A DNA stretch of 64,000 nucleotides from Rickettsiales bacterium. Lineage in GTDB: Bacteria; Pseudomonadota; Alphaproteobacteria; Rickettsiales; UBA1997. Position 1 is the stretch's first letter, and each line of letters opens with the position of its first letter. This document shows, piece after piece, positions 1 to 10,295 of this stretch. The translations under genes and the position numbers were made by a program. The notes under the pieces were generated by a model that saw only the letters and a list, made by a program, of their open reading frames with translations, searched no databases and was not told where the DNA came from. Where the stretch lies: contig JBMSJJ010000003.1 of assembly GCA_049418765.1 (NCBI GenBank), positions 68,921 through 132,920 of the forward strand, in the 5' to 3' direction.

Positions 1-1
1 T

Positions 2-847
2 ATTGCCTATAAGGGTGGATTTTACAAGAAAACTTTAGATATGATTCGAGCTAGCGAAATTGCCATTGGCGAATTTGAGTCTCATAATGCTGATACTGAA
101 TTTAGTCAAGCTATTGAATTTATGAGAAATACCGCTAAAGAACATAATTTAAGCCTTCAAGATCGCAATGTTCAAATTAATATTGGCTTAAATCGTGATG
201 GCGATAATTTATTTAAAATTTCTGATAAAATTCAAGATGGAAAATTACAATTATTTAGTAATGAAATTACCGGTGATTTTGCTAAAATCATTCAACAAAC
301 TTTGTTGCAAACTATCCAAAGCAATCCAGAATTTGAAAGAAAGGGGCAAGGTTTGGTTGGAATCGCCGTTAAGGCGGATCGCAAAAAAGGATTGATTGAT
401 AAAACCAGAGATACCGAATATTTTACATATTACAATCCTTTAAATCCATCTAGCGAGCTTTTAGCAGAATCATCAGCTTTTCCAGTCCATCGACAAAATA
501 CTGGCAAATCCGAAAATATTCGCTTGTCACGAATTAAAGACAATGAAGATGCGGTGTTCGAAGTTCGATTAGTTGCCAATAATCCGCACTGCCCTTATTT
601 TGATGATAAGCCTCGAATAATTGATAATGCGTCCGAAGGATTTACAAAAATTTTCAAAACAAATTTGGAACAAAATTGGCAAGAATATTTAGGAGATAAA
701 AATCCCCAGCAAATAAATGCTAAAATTGATGCCAAAATCGCCATCGATAAAGATGGAAATTTGGTGGGCACCAATCCAGAAATAAGGCAGACTGCGTCCT
801 ATCCAGTTTCACCTTTGAAAAGCAGGTCAAGTTCAAATCATCTTTAA
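2..847 (+). CDS. hypothetical protein, 5' end probably truncated by window edge
   Basis: Frame is open from base 2 with no stop before the listed ATG at 41. Long ORF, no motif I recognise. Confidence 0.45.
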   Translation: MAYKGGFYKKTLDMIRASEIAIGEFESHNADTEFSQAIEFMRNTAKEHNLSLQDRNVQINIGLNRDGDNLFKISDKIQDGKLQLFSNEITGDFAKIIQQTLLQTIQSNPEFERKGQGLVGIAVKADRKKGLIDKTRDTEYFTYYNPLNPSSELLAESSAFPVHRQNTGKSENIRLSRIKDNEDAVFEVRLVANNPHCPYFDDKPRIIDNASEGFTKIFKTNLEQNWQEYLGDKNPQQINAKIDAKIAIDKDGNLVGTNPEIRQTASYPVSPLKSRSSSNHL

Positions 848-851
848 AAGA

Positions 852-1052
852 CTAACCCAAAAATATAATTTTATTAGAATTTTTGGGCACAATAGCATCA
901 AGGGAAATCGGATGAACCGCTGGTGAAGGCTTATCGACGCCATCGGACTTTATTTCTTTTAAATAATTTTTATCCTTTGGATTAATATTAAGATCAAATT
1001 TGTTTTGATAAATCCAATAACTTGGCAAGGTTGAATCTATAACACTTGTCAC
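852..1052 (-). CDS. hypothetical protein fragment (3' piece of the split gene)
   Basis: 66-aa ORF with a GTG start overlapping the upstream TGA (GTGA). The frame stays open upstream through the homopolymer at 1070-1077. Confidence 0.3.
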   Translation of the reverse strand: MTSVIDSTLPSYWIYQNKFDLNINPKDKNYLKEIKSDGVDKPSPAVHPISLDAIVPKNSNKIIFLG

Positions 1053-1939
1053 TTTAATTTCATCATCAATTTTTTTTGTGCTTTAGCTTGTTCTTGCTCA
1101 AATTTTTTTTCCGCTTCAATACGAATTAACTCTTGCCGTTTTTTTTGATTAATTTCCAATGGCGATTCTCCATACGAATATATTGGATTCAATGCCATTT
1201 TTAAAGGACCAAACTCCATTTCACAATCTCGCGGAGCTCCTGGATGTTGGGGTTTATAACCTTTGACCACATCATCAATTTGAGTTTTAATTCTTTCAAT
1301 TTCTCGATGATAAATTGGACTATTTTCTGGAGAAGCGGTTTTTGGAAATTCTTCAATTGGAAATTCTTCAACGGTTTTTTCTTCATAAGATCTATAAACT
1401 TGAGTTGGAGCTAAAAATTCTTGTGGTAAAATAGTTAAATCATCGGCCGATATATTTTGAGTATTTTTCTCACCGAAATAACTTCTGGCATATCCTGCAA
1501 ATTTTTTAATTGGCTTTCTGATTTTAGATAAAGACCATGAACCAAAAGTAATTATTTTTGATGGATTTGTAATCTTATCCTTATTTGGCTTTTCTGCCGA
1601 AACTATTCGGCCGTAGCTATCGGTGGATTTAAGATTTTGAGCAAATTTCTTAAATATTTTCTTTAATTTTTCTTCCCCACCACCTGCTTTAACCGATTCT
1701 TTACTCACCTCTTCACACATTTCTTCAACAGTATTAGTTAATTCTTCGATAACATTTTCTAATCTTTCTTGCCTCAAATTCGCCGATTTTTTTGCTAATT
1801 TATAATTTAACAAAGGCAAAATTGGTACAATCGAACCAACCACTGCGGTAATCGCAAAATTTACCGACTCAGACAAAGATGAAAATCTTGAAAAACTTTT
1901 TTCAGTTGTCGATAATAAAGCCCCCGAAAAATATGACAT
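1049..1939 (-). CDS. hypothetical protein (largest intact piece of the split gene above)
   Basis: 296-aa ORF with 79 further in-frame sense codons upstream (to 2176) that lack any ATG/GTG/TTG. Hydrophobic segments plus a K/E-rich coiled-coil-like C-terminus. Confidence 0.5.
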   Translation of the reverse strand: MSYFSGALLSTTEKSFSRFSSLSESVNFAITAVVGSIVPILPLLNYKLAKKSANLRQERLENVIEELTNTVEEMCEEVSKESVKAGGGEEKLKKIFKKFAQNLKSTDSYGRIVSAEKPNKDKITNPSKIITFGSWSLSKIRKPIKKFAGYARSYFGEKNTQNISADDLTILPQEFLAPTQVYRSYEEKTVEEFPIEEFPKTASPENSPIYHREIERIKTQIDDVVKGYKPQHPGAPRDCEMEFGPLKMALNPIYSYGESPLEINQKKRQELIRIEAEKKFEQEQAKAQKKLMMKLK

Positions 1940-2468
1940 GATTCGATAAATTCCGGATTTATCTTTGGTTTGATGACTTGAAAATTTAGTTGTGGAACCA
2001 AATTCTTCCTCAAAATCCTTTTTTAACTCTTTTAGCGCTGATTGTAATTTATTAGCAAAATGTGAAGATAAATGACCAATATTACCAATATTTCTTTTAG
2101 CCTGCGACTCTGCAATCGAGCTCGCCGAGGTAACGCCAACCGCACAAGCAATTCCAGCAATTGGCGTTAAAAAAATTCAACAATTCTTGCAAACTTTCTT
2201 GATAAAATCTTTTAAAAATATTGACCACATTTTCTTGAAAACCATCGCCTAAAAAGGCTGTTCAAGATTTTGCATCAATTCGCCGTCAGAGCTGGCTCCT
2301 AATCCTCTTAGAAAATCTTGTTTTATAATTTTTGAATCAGTTGTTGGGAATCCGCAGGATTTCATATAAAATATAGTTATTGGATTTTTAACTATATTTT
2401 ATATTTCATATTTTTTATATTAATAAATATATTAGTTATTTTTTTAATATAAATTTATTGTTTCATTT

Positions 2469-5303
2469 TTAACTTAAAGCTTCATCAATAAAGGCTTTTT
2501 GTTCACGAGCGTGATATGACCCATAGCCAGTTGCAGGAGATGCGCAAGCAATGCGTCCAACATATTTTGCCCGAGAATTTTTGTGTTTAATTCCAATCAA
2601 AACCTCTTCAATCAACTCATTAACGAAATGCCAAGCACCCATATTTTTTGGCTCTTCTTGGCACCAAATAATTTCGGCATTAGAATATTTTTGCAATTCA
2701 GATTTAAGTTCTTTACTTGGGAATGGATAAAGTTGCTCAAGACGAATTAATGCAATATTATCAATCTTTTTAGCCTCAGACGCTTCAAGTAAATCGAAAT
2801 AAACCTTGCCTGAACATAAAATTACTTTTTTAACCTTATCGTCTTTGCATAATTTTCTAGAGTCGGCAATCAAGCTACGGAAGTTCAAATCAGTGAATTC
2901 AGCAATATTTGAAACCGCTAATTTATGACGAAGCAAAGATTTTGGCGACATTACCACCAATGGTTTACGGTCTTTACTATGAATTTGACGACGCAAAGCG
3001 TGAAAGAAATTTGCTGGGTTGGTGATATTTACCACTCTTAAATTATTATCCGCACATGATTGTAAATAGCGTTCAAGACGTGCAGATGAATGCTCTGGCC
3101 CTTGTCCTTCAAAACCATGAGGCAATAACATTACTAAACCTGATTTGCGAAGCCATTTCACTTCCGAAGAGGCTACGAATTGGTCAAAAATAATTTGGGC
3201 ACCATTGGCAAAATCACCAAATTGAGCTTCCCAAATCGTTAAAGCATTTGGAGCGGAAAGGGAATAGCCATATTCAAATCCCATAACTCCATATTCCGAA
3301 AGAACTGAGTCATAAACTTCAAATTTTGCTTTATTGGAAATAGCATTGAAAATATTGTGTCTCTTGGCATTTTTACCATCATGTAAAATAGAATGACGAT
3401 GCGAGAATGTTCCGCGTCCTGCGTCTTGACCAGTAATTCTGACATGATGACCTTCTTGAATTAAACTGGCAAATGCCAATGATTCCGCGGTTCCCCAATC
3501 AATATCAACTCCAGCTTCAACAACTTGTTTACGAGCTTCAAGTTGGCGAAGGATTTTTGGATTAGCACTAAAATCTTGCGGTAAATTAGTGGTTTTATGA
3601 ATTAATTCAATCAATGTAGATTTGTTGACTTCGGTTTTAGGATTGGAGTCGTCGCCGTCTTTGATATGCTTCCAATCGCCCTTTAACCAATCTGGCTCCA
3701 GAGCCTTAAAGCTTGACGCCTTATTAAATTCTTCATTAAGGTGAGATTCAAAATTATTGACTAGCTTTTCATATTCACCTTGAGTAATAGAATTTTCTTC
3801 AAGTAATTTTTGTGAATAAATTTTTTCCAGCGAAATATGATCTTTAATTTTATTATACATAATTGGCTGAGTATAAAGTGGCTCATCGCCCTCATTATGA
3901 CCATATTTGCGATAGCAAATTACATCAAGTACTGCATCTTTTTTAAAGGTTTGACGATATTTACTAATAATTCCAGAAATTTTTACCACCGCTTCAACAT
4001 CATCACCATTAACATGAAATATCGGGGCATCAATTGATTTTGCCAAATCTGAAGCGTAGGTTGTGCTTCTTGAATCTGAAGGATTAGCCGTAAAACCAAT
4101 TTGGTTATTGATAATAATGTGGATTACGCCTCCAGTGTCGTAGCCCGCGGTGCCATTCATCATAAGGCTTTCGGCAACTGAACCCTGCCCTGCAAATGCC
4201 GCATCACCGTGAATTAATAGTGCCAAAGCCTTAGTTCTAGATTCATCATTTAAAAGATCTTGCGAAGCGCGAACTCTTCCAGCCACAACTACATTTACCG
4301 CCTCAAGGTGCGATGGATTAAAGGCTAATGACAAGTCAATTTTATTACCATCAATTTCACGAGTTGAAGAATATCCCATATGATATTTAACATCACCAGA
4401 TTTGGTAATTCCTTCAGGAATACCGGGAGTTCCTTGAAATTCGGAGATTAAGCGGTGATAAGGCTTACCCATTACTCCAGTAAGAGTATTTAGCCTGCCT
4501 CTATGCGCCATTCCAACGATAATTTTTTTAACCCCAGCCTTTGCCGATGAATCAATAATTTTTTCTATGGCACAAATTGAAGATTCTCCACCCTCAACCG
4601 AGAATCTTTTGGCTCCAGGAAATCTTTTGTGTAAAAATTGTTCAAATCTTTCGGTGCGAATAATTTCGGCAAGAATTTTTTGCTTTTCTGACTTCGATAA
4701 TGCCGCAAAACTTGCATTCTCAACCTCTGATGCAAGCCAATCTCTTTGCTCTTGACTACGAATATATTCAAATTCACAGCCAATTTTATTGGCATAAATA
4801 TAATTTAAATTAGCGATTGCTTGCGATAATTTAATTTTATTGCCATTATAATTAACTTCTTTTTCTAGATCGGCATTGTCAATATCATTATTTTTTAAAT
4901 CAATTTCATTTACATATTGAGGAGGCGTTAAACCAAGAGGGTCAAGGTTGCAGGCCAAATGTCCAAATCTTTTATAATTTAAAATTAAATTTTGTAAGCG
5001 GATATTTAGATCTTTTCCAGCTTGAATTGCCGGAGTTTTTCCATCTTTTTTTGGCTGTTCTTTTACGGTATTTGAAGAAATATCATAATCTTGCGAACCA
5101 ATAACCTTTAAACCCCTCTTTCCCCATGATGGTCCTTGATAATCGGCAATTATTGACTTTACCTCTTCTTGATTATTAGCAAAAAAATCCGCCCAACTTT
5201 TGTCGATAGAATTTGGATTTTCTAAATATTTTTGATATAGTTCGTTTATAAAAACAATATTGGCACTAAAAAAATGAGAGCTTTGATCTAATTTTTGAGA
5301 CAT
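2469..5303 (-). CDS. sucA: 2-oxoglutarate dehydrogenase E1 component
   Basis: 944 aa. N-terminus SANIVFINELYQKYLENPNSIDKSW and the ThDP-enzyme core (RGRLNTL, GDAAFAGQG, EAQFGDFANGAQ) are typical of SucA. Confidence 0.97.
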   Translation of the reverse strand: MSQKLDQSSHFFSANIVFINELYQKYLENPNSIDKSWADFFANNQEEVKSIIADYQGPSWGKRGLKVIGSQDYDISSNTVKEQPKKDGKTPAIQAGKDLNIRLQNLILNYKRFGHLACNLDPLGLTPPQYVNEIDLKNNDIDNADLEKEVNYNGNKIKLSQAIANLNYIYANKIGCEFEYIRSQEQRDWLASEVENASFAALSKSEKQKILAEIIRTERFEQFLHKRFPGAKRFSVEGGESSICAIEKIIDSSAKAGVKKIIVGMAHRGRLNTLTGVMGKPYHRLISEFQGTPGIPEGITKSGDVKYHMGYSSTREIDGNKIDLSLAFNPSHLEAVNVVVAGRVRASQDLLNDESRTKALALLIHGDAAFAGQGSVAESLMMNGTAGYDTGGVIHIIINNQIGFTANPSDSRSTTYASDLAKSIDAPIFHVNGDDVEAVVKISGIISKYRQTFKKDAVLDVICYRKYGHNEGDEPLYTQPIMYNKIKDHISLEKIYSQKLLEENSITQGEYEKLVNNFESHLNEEFNKASSFKALEPDWLKGDWKHIKDGDDSNPKTEVNKSTLIELIHKTTNLPQDFSANPKILRQLEARKQVVEAGVDIDWGTAESLAFASLIQEGHHVRITGQDAGRGTFSHRHSILHDGKNAKRHNIFNAISNKAKFEVYDSVLSEYGVMGFEYGYSLSAPNALTIWEAQFGDFANGAQIIFDQFVASSEVKWLRKSGLVMLLPHGFEGQGPEHSSARLERYLQSCADNNLRVVNITNPANFFHALRRQIHSKDRKPLVVMSPKSLLRHKLAVSNIAEFTDLNFRSLIADSRKLCKDDKVKKVILCSGKVYFDLLEASEAKKIDNIALIRLEQLYPFPSKELKSELQKYSNAEIIWCQEEPKNMGAWHFVNELIEEVLIGIKHKNSRAKYVGRIACASPATGYGSYHAREQKAFIDEALS

Positions 5304-5419
5304 AATTTATAAATTTTTAATTTTGAAAATTCACTTAAAAAATTGGTTATTAAATTTTACACTAACCAAAATTATTTGCAACCTATGATAAAATTGAGAA
5401 GAAAGATTTGAAGGAAATA

Positions 5420-5495
5420 TGGTAGCGGAGGAGGGAATTGAACCCCCGACACGCGGATTATGATCCCGCTGCTCTACCAACTGAGCTACTCCGCC
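5420..5495 (-). tRNA. tRNA-Met (anticodon CAT); a lysidine-modified Ile2 identity cannot be excluded
   Basis: 76-nt cloverleaf read by hand: acceptor GGCGGAG/CTCCGCT, D arm GCTC..GAGC, anticodon stem GCGGG/TCCGC with loop ATCATAA, T arm GGGGG-TTCAATT-CCCTC, encoded CCA. Confidence 0.9.
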
Positions 5496-5544
5496 ATTAA
5501 TTTATGTATGTAGAAAAATATTATAAATCATAAATTAAAAAAAC

Positions 5545-7620
5545 TCAAATATTTTCTTTAGAGCGTAAATAATTGGCAAGTAAAGCTAATATATAAGCCA
5601 ATGCAATAACATAAAGTAGCTTATGATAACCATATAACATTGAACCATATTCCAACATTCCTCCAATCATTGCCCCAATCATATTATAACCAAATCCCAA
5701 GGCAGATTTCTTTTCCAATGAAAATGTTTGCGAAAAAATTAAACTTGCAAATAACATTGGCGAAAAGCTCACCAAGCAAGATAATAAGTATTTTAAAAAC
5801 CCATCATAATTGCTAAAAAAACTAATTGGAATAGCAATTGAAACCATCAATGAAATTGCCATCATAAAATATAAATTTCGCAATCTAAATTTAATTTTTA
5901 ATTTGATTATTATTGTTGAAATTAAAGCCGTTAATAAAATAGCAAGAATTACTAAAAAATTTACATCCCAAGTTGAGCCAAAAAGCAATTGAAAATTAAT
6001 TATATTTTTAGTTTCAAGCAACATAAATCCAATGCCCAGAAACAGCATATCATATGGTCTTGAATTATTTTTATAATTTGCTTTTTGCTCTTTATTTAAA
6101 TGCAAAAATAAAAATAATACCAACAATAAAATAATTTCAAAAACAACAATTTTTATATAGTTATTAGGAAATGATGGTTTTTTTAAATATAAAAATGGCC
6201 AATTATCGGTTGGAAAAAAAATTTCCGAAGATTCTTTGATAGACTTTTTTGATGTTATCGAATTAGAAATTTCAATGTTTTTAAAGTCTTTTAACTTATA
6301 GCCATTTGCAATAATGGTGAAATTTTTATTTTGATATTGAGTTACTATCGATTGCTGATTAAAAATTTCTTCTAAAATACCCGAAATTTTATCCACAATC
6401 CAATCTTGACGATAATAATTATAAAGCACAATCATGCCGTTTTCAGACAAATGTTCCTTAGCCTTAAGCAATGATTCCTTTGTATATAAATAACTTTCAA
6501 GACGAGTATTCGCTTGAGAAGATGCTAGGGTTAAAGAATCAGTAAGGGCAAAAATTATTAGGTCATATTTTTTTTGATTATTTTCTAAATAATTTCTACC
6601 GTCATTAATATTTATTTTAAGTCTTGGATCTTGGTAAGGCTTATCCAAATGATATTTAAGACCTGATTCATAAATTCTTTGATCAATTTCTACGGCATCG
6701 ACATTTTTAACATTATTTTTTAGGGCATAACTCGCATCATTTCCCATTCCAGATCCTATAATCAAAACATTTTCATATTGTGGGTTTTTAAAAAATTTGT
6801 AAGGAAAACCATACAAAATATCATGATTACTACTGAATTTTTTAGGAACAGCTTGGTGACAGCTTTTATTTACAAATAAATCTACTGAGGTTTGACTTTC
6901 CTGAATGACAATTTTATAATATTTTGTCCAAAAAATTTTATTATAACCAGATTCGATTACCCAAAAACCAAAAACACCAAAAATCATTAAAAACAATTTG
7001 TTATTTCCTTTTTTGCAGAATCGAAATTTGATTTCATCGCTAAAATAAGCTATTAACATCCATGTTAAATTAATAACGATTATCCAAAAAACAATTCCGG
7101 TTTCAAAAAATGATAAAATTGTAAAAAATAATACTCCAAATATACTGCCAGACAAATCAAATAAATAAGCATCGATACTCTTCTTAGATTTATTAAATTC
7201 AATTCCTAACATTTGCCCAAGCGGGTAAAATAAAAAGGCTATATAAATAAAAATAATTATAGTCAAAACCGCATGATTATTATTTAAAAAACTTTTATAC
7301 AAACTAGATTGATACATCACCATATCCATGGCTTCGAAATCAAAAATAATCATAGATGAGCCAGCAATAATTTGAATTACAATCAAAAACGGGAAATAAT
7401 TAAACAGGTTTTTCTTTTTATAAAACAAACAACCCAAACCAATTCCAAAAAAACATGCCATTAAAATTATATTGGAAAAAAAAGCTAAAGAAACAATCTC
7501 AGCCGACAAATACCTTATGGTTGCGAACTCGGTAAATAAAATTAAAAAACTAATTAGAAAAATTTGTAAATGATTTTTACTAAAGAGTTCAAGTTTAAAA
7601 ATATTAAGCATAAAAAACAA
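5545..7620 (-). CDS. polytopic membrane protein with embedded spermidine synthase-like (class I methyltransferase fold) domain
   Basis: 691 aa. Many hydrophobic helices flank VLIIGSGMGNDA...VDAVEIDQRI...PRLKININDGRNYL...YDLIIFALTDS, which matches the aminopropyltransferase motif layout. Confidence 0.75.
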   Translation of the reverse strand: MFFMLNIFKLELFSKNHLQIFLISFLILFTEFATIRYLSAEIVSLAFFSNIILMACFFGIGLGCLFYKKKNLFNYFPFLIVIQIIAGSSMIIFDFEAMDMVMYQSSLYKSFLNNNHAVLTIIIFIYIAFLFYPLGQMLGIEFNKSKKSIDAYLFDLSGSIFGVLFFTILSFFETGIVFWIIVINLTWMLIAYFSDEIKFRFCKKGNNKLFLMIFGVFGFWVIESGYNKIFWTKYYKIVIQESQTSVDLFVNKSCHQAVPKKFSSNHDILYGFPYKFFKNPQYENVLIIGSGMGNDASYALKNNVKNVDAVEIDQRIYESGLKYHLDKPYQDPRLKININDGRNYLENNQKKYDLIIFALTDSLTLASSQANTRLESYLYTKESLLKAKEHLSENGMIVLYNYYRQDWIVDKISGILEEIFNQQSIVTQYQNKNFTIIANGYKLKDFKNIEISNSITSKKSIKESSEIFFPTDNWPFLYLKKPSFPNNYIKIVVFEIILLLVLFLFLHLNKEQKANYKNNSRPYDMLFLGIGFMLLETKNIINFQLLFGSTWDVNFLVILAILLTALISTIIIKLKIKFRLRNLYFMMAISLMVSIAIPISFFSNYDGFLKYLLSCLVSFSPMLFASLIFSQTFSLEKKSALGFGYNMIGAMIGGMLEYGSMLYGYHKLLYVIALAYILALLANYLRSKENI

Positions 7621-7994
7621 TTTTTGAATAATTTTATAATATTAAATTTTTTTCTAAAAAATTAAAACTGAAATTTAAAAATAATTTGTAAAGAATTATT
7701 TTTATTTTTTTATAATTTTTTAATAAAAGTTTATTTTTAGTTAGTTTTATGAATTTTGATTAGTTGTATTGAATAAATTATTTTTTATTGCCTGACATCT
7801 TTATTTATCTAGTATTAACAATAGTTGAGTAGGATTATTATTTATAATTAACAACCTCAGTTTATATATAATTGTATTATTTTAAAACAATTTTGAAATT
7901 TTTTTATTTATTTTATTTTTTATTTAGATTTGTTATTATTATTAACTAATTTAATTATTGATAACTACTTTAATTAACTTTAATTTTTTTATTT

Positions 7995-8213
7995 ATGGAT
8001 ATTAAATCTAAAAACCTCACCATCTCTATGCCATCTGATTTATTCGTTTCTCTTGAGAAATCGGCATCAGCATTAGATAGAAGCAAAAACTATTTGGTTA
8101 GAAAATCACTTGAATTATTCTTGATCAACAACAAATTCTATCAAAAACCAATCAAAAAAATTGGCGAAATTAAACAACGCAAAAAAAGAAAAGCTGAATC
8201 TGCATCAGAGTAA
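7995..8213 (+). CDS. ribbon-helix-helix (CopG/Arc-like) small DNA-binding protein
   Basis: 72 aa. N-terminal beta-strand [10 protein letters not shown] followed by two helices ([27 protein letters not shown]) and a basic tail. No partner toxin ORF is visible. Confidence 0.5.
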   Translation: MDIKSKNLTISMPSDLFVSLEKSASALDRSKNYLVRKSLELFLINNKFYQKPIKKIGEIKQRKKRKAESASE

Positions 8214-10169
8214 TAACATCTTTTCAAATTTCTTAATTTGATCTCGAAGGATCACCGCTCTTTCGAAATCGAGTTCAGCTGAAGCCTCCAACATCTCCCT
8301 CTTCATCTTCTCAATATCTTCAAAAGTAATTTTCTTCTTCATATCCTTATCTTCTTCCTTCTTTTTACCATATAAATTTTCTAGATTTGAGCGAATATCT
8401 TTATAGGTAGTTTTTGGTTGAATATTATTTTTTTCATTATGTTCCATTTGAATTTTGCGTCTTCGAGCAGTTTCCGCCATGGCTTTGACAATCGATTTAG
8501 TTTCCTTATCGGCATATAATATAACTTTACTTTCTGAATTTCGCGCCGCCCGACCTATAGTTTGTATCAAAGAAGTTTCGTTGCGTAAAAAACCTTCCTT
8601 ATCCGCATCTAAAATGGCTACCAAAGCGCATTCAGGAATATCCAAACCTTCGCGAAGTAAATTTACTCCAACCAAACAATCATGTTTACCAAGTCGAAGA
8701 TTTTGTATAATTTCAATGCGGTCAAGAGTATCGACATCGGAATGCATATAAACCACATTTATTCCTTGGTCAGCAAAATAATCGGTTAAATCTTCCGCCA
8801 TTTTCTTAGTAAGAGTTGTAACCAAAGTTCGAAAGCCTTTTTCCTTAATTGCCACCACCTCTTTAAGTAAATCAGCAACTTGATTTTTTGCACTTCTAAT
8901 TTCGCAAACAGGGTCAAGAAGTCCAGTTGGACGAATGATTTGCTCAACTATCTCACCATCAGCTTTTTGCAATTCATATTTGCTTGGAGTTGCCGAAACA
9001 TAAATGGTTTGAGGCTTAAAACTCTCCCATTCACTAAATTTTAGCGGGCGGTTATCAAGGGCGCTGGGCAAACGAAATCCATGCTCAACCAATACCGATT
9101 TTCTGGCATTGTCACCTTTCGACATTCCATCAATTTGCGGAACCGAAACATGACTTTCATCAACAAATAATAATGCATTGGATGGCAAATACTCAAATAA
9201 GGTTGGCGGAGGAGACCCCGCTTCCCTTCCCGTCAAATATCTTGAATAATTTTCAATACCTTTACAACTTCCAAGGGCAACCATCAACTCCATATCGTAG
9301 GTAGTTCTTTGATTTAGGCGTTGCATTTCAACAATTTTGCCCATTTTTTCTAATTCTAATAATCGCAAATTTAAATCACTTTTTATTTTCAACAAAGCCT
9401 TTTGCACTATATCGGCAGGAGCGACATAATGCGAAGATGGATAAATGGCAATATTGTTAAATTTTTGAAAAGTCTCCCCCGTTAATGGGTCAAACTCAAC
9501 GATTTCATCAATCTCATCGCCAAACATACCAATTCGCCAAGCCTTATCCTCAAGATGCGAAGGAAAAACATCAATCACATCACCTTGCACTCGAAAATTT
9601 CCGCGCTCAAAATCCATATCATTGCGGGTATATTGCATGTCAACCAAACGCATTATCAATTTTTGTCTATTAATATTTTCACCAAGCTTGAGTCGAAGAA
9701 CCATCTCGCTATAATATTGCGGAGAGCCAATACCATAAATACAAGAAACCGAAGCAATAATTATGGTGTCTTTACGCTCGAACAAAGATCTGGTCGCATT
9801 ATGTCGAAGGCGATCAATTTGTTCATTAATCGAACTATCTTTTTCTATAAAGGTGTCGGTTTTGGCAACATAGGCTTCGGGCTGATAATAATCATAAAAT
9901 GACACAAAATAACCAACTTCATTATCTGGAAAAAATTCCTTCATCTCGCCGTAAAGCTGTGCTGCCAAAGTTTTGTTATGCGCCATAATCAAAGTTGGTC
10001 TCTGGGTTTGTTCGATAATATTTGCCATCGTAAAAGTTTTGCCAGAACCAGTGATACCGAGCAAAATTTGATCATTTTTTTTGTTATTTAATCCATTCAC
10101 CAATTTTTCAATAGCTTTGGGCTGGTCGCCAGCTGGCTGATATTTTGAATGAATTTTAAATTTGGTCAT
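8205..10169 (-). CDS. uvrB: excinuclease ABC subunit B
   Basis: 654 aa. [11 protein letters not shown], Walker [13 protein letters not shown] box, and C-terminal UVR motif [11 protein letters not shown]. Confidence 0.97.
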   Translation of the reverse strand: MTKFKIHSKYQPAGDQPKAIEKLVNGLNNKKNDQILLGITGSGKTFTMANIIEQTQRPTLIMAHNKTLAAQLYGEMKEFFPDNEVGYFVSFYDYYQPEAYVAKTDTFIEKDSSINEQIDRLRHNATRSLFERKDTIIIASVSCIYGIGSPQYYSEMVLRLKLGENINRQKLIMRLVDMQYTRNDMDFERGNFRVQGDVIDVFPSHLEDKAWRIGMFGDEIDEIVEFDPLTGETFQKFNNIAIYPSSHYVAPADIVQKALLKIKSDLNLRLLELEKMGKIVEMQRLNQRTTYDMELMVALGSCKGIENYSRYLTGREAGSPPPTLFEYLPSNALLFVDESHVSVPQIDGMSKGDNARKSVLVEHGFRLPSALDNRPLKFSEWESFKPQTIYVSATPSKYELQKADGEIVEQIIRPTGLLDPVCEIRSAKNQVADLLKEVVAIKEKGFRTLVTTLTKKMAEDLTDYFADQGINVVYMHSDVDTLDRIEIIQNLRLGKHDCLVGVNLLREGLDIPECALVAILDADKEGFLRNETSLIQTIGRAARNSESKVILYADKETKSIVKAMAETARRRKIQMEHNEKNNIQPKTTYKDIRSNLENLYGKKKEEDKDMKKKITFEDIEKMKREMLEASAELDFERAVILRDQIKKFEKMLLL

Positions 10170-10295
10170 AAAAATTTTATTGTTAAAAAAATAATTTTAA
10201 CATTTAATACCTTTCAATCAAGTAAAGAATAATCTTGCTAATTTTTAAAAAAAAATTAAGCTAATTTATAATTAAATAACTTAAATATTTACAAT

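Larger units (their letters stand above)
852..2365 (-). pseudogene. about 500-aa lineage-specific gene split into four reading frames (frameshifted or phase-variable)
   Basis: ATG at 2365..2363. Frame a stops at 2251..2249. Frame b is open only from just upstream of the A5 run (2251-2255). Frame c is open from 2176, just after a TGA at the A7 run (2169-2175), through the 1049..1939 ORF. Frame d (852..1052) is open back through the T8 run (1070-1077). Confidence 0.55.

Noticed and set aside
3239-4795. Short ORFs inside or antisense to sucA (3239..3445, 3837..4037, 4565..4795, 4567..4755)
   Set aside because: They are embedded in a strongly supported 944-aa gene, have low-complexity AT-driven composition and carry no motifs. 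They are typical shadow ORFs.
5420-5495. tRNA-CAT as the initiator tRNA-fMet
   Set aside because: The acceptor end is a G1-U72 wobble pair rather than the C1xA72 mismatch of bacterial initiators, and the anticodon stem has only two clean G-C pairs next to the loop. It is therefore called elongator Met, with Ile2 not excluded.
7621-7994. Extremely AT-rich 374-bp spacer as a candidate replication origin
   Set aside because: I could not find clustered DnaA-box-like 9-mers (TTATCCACA and close variants). No dnaA, dnaN, hemE or parAB neighbours are present. There is also no obvious switch of gene-strand bias around it.
8455-9902. Plus-strand ORFs (98, 62 and 115 aa) antisense to uvrB
   Set aside because: They are shadow ORFs opposite a highly conserved gene, and their sequences are Ser/Arg-rich reverse-frame artefacts.
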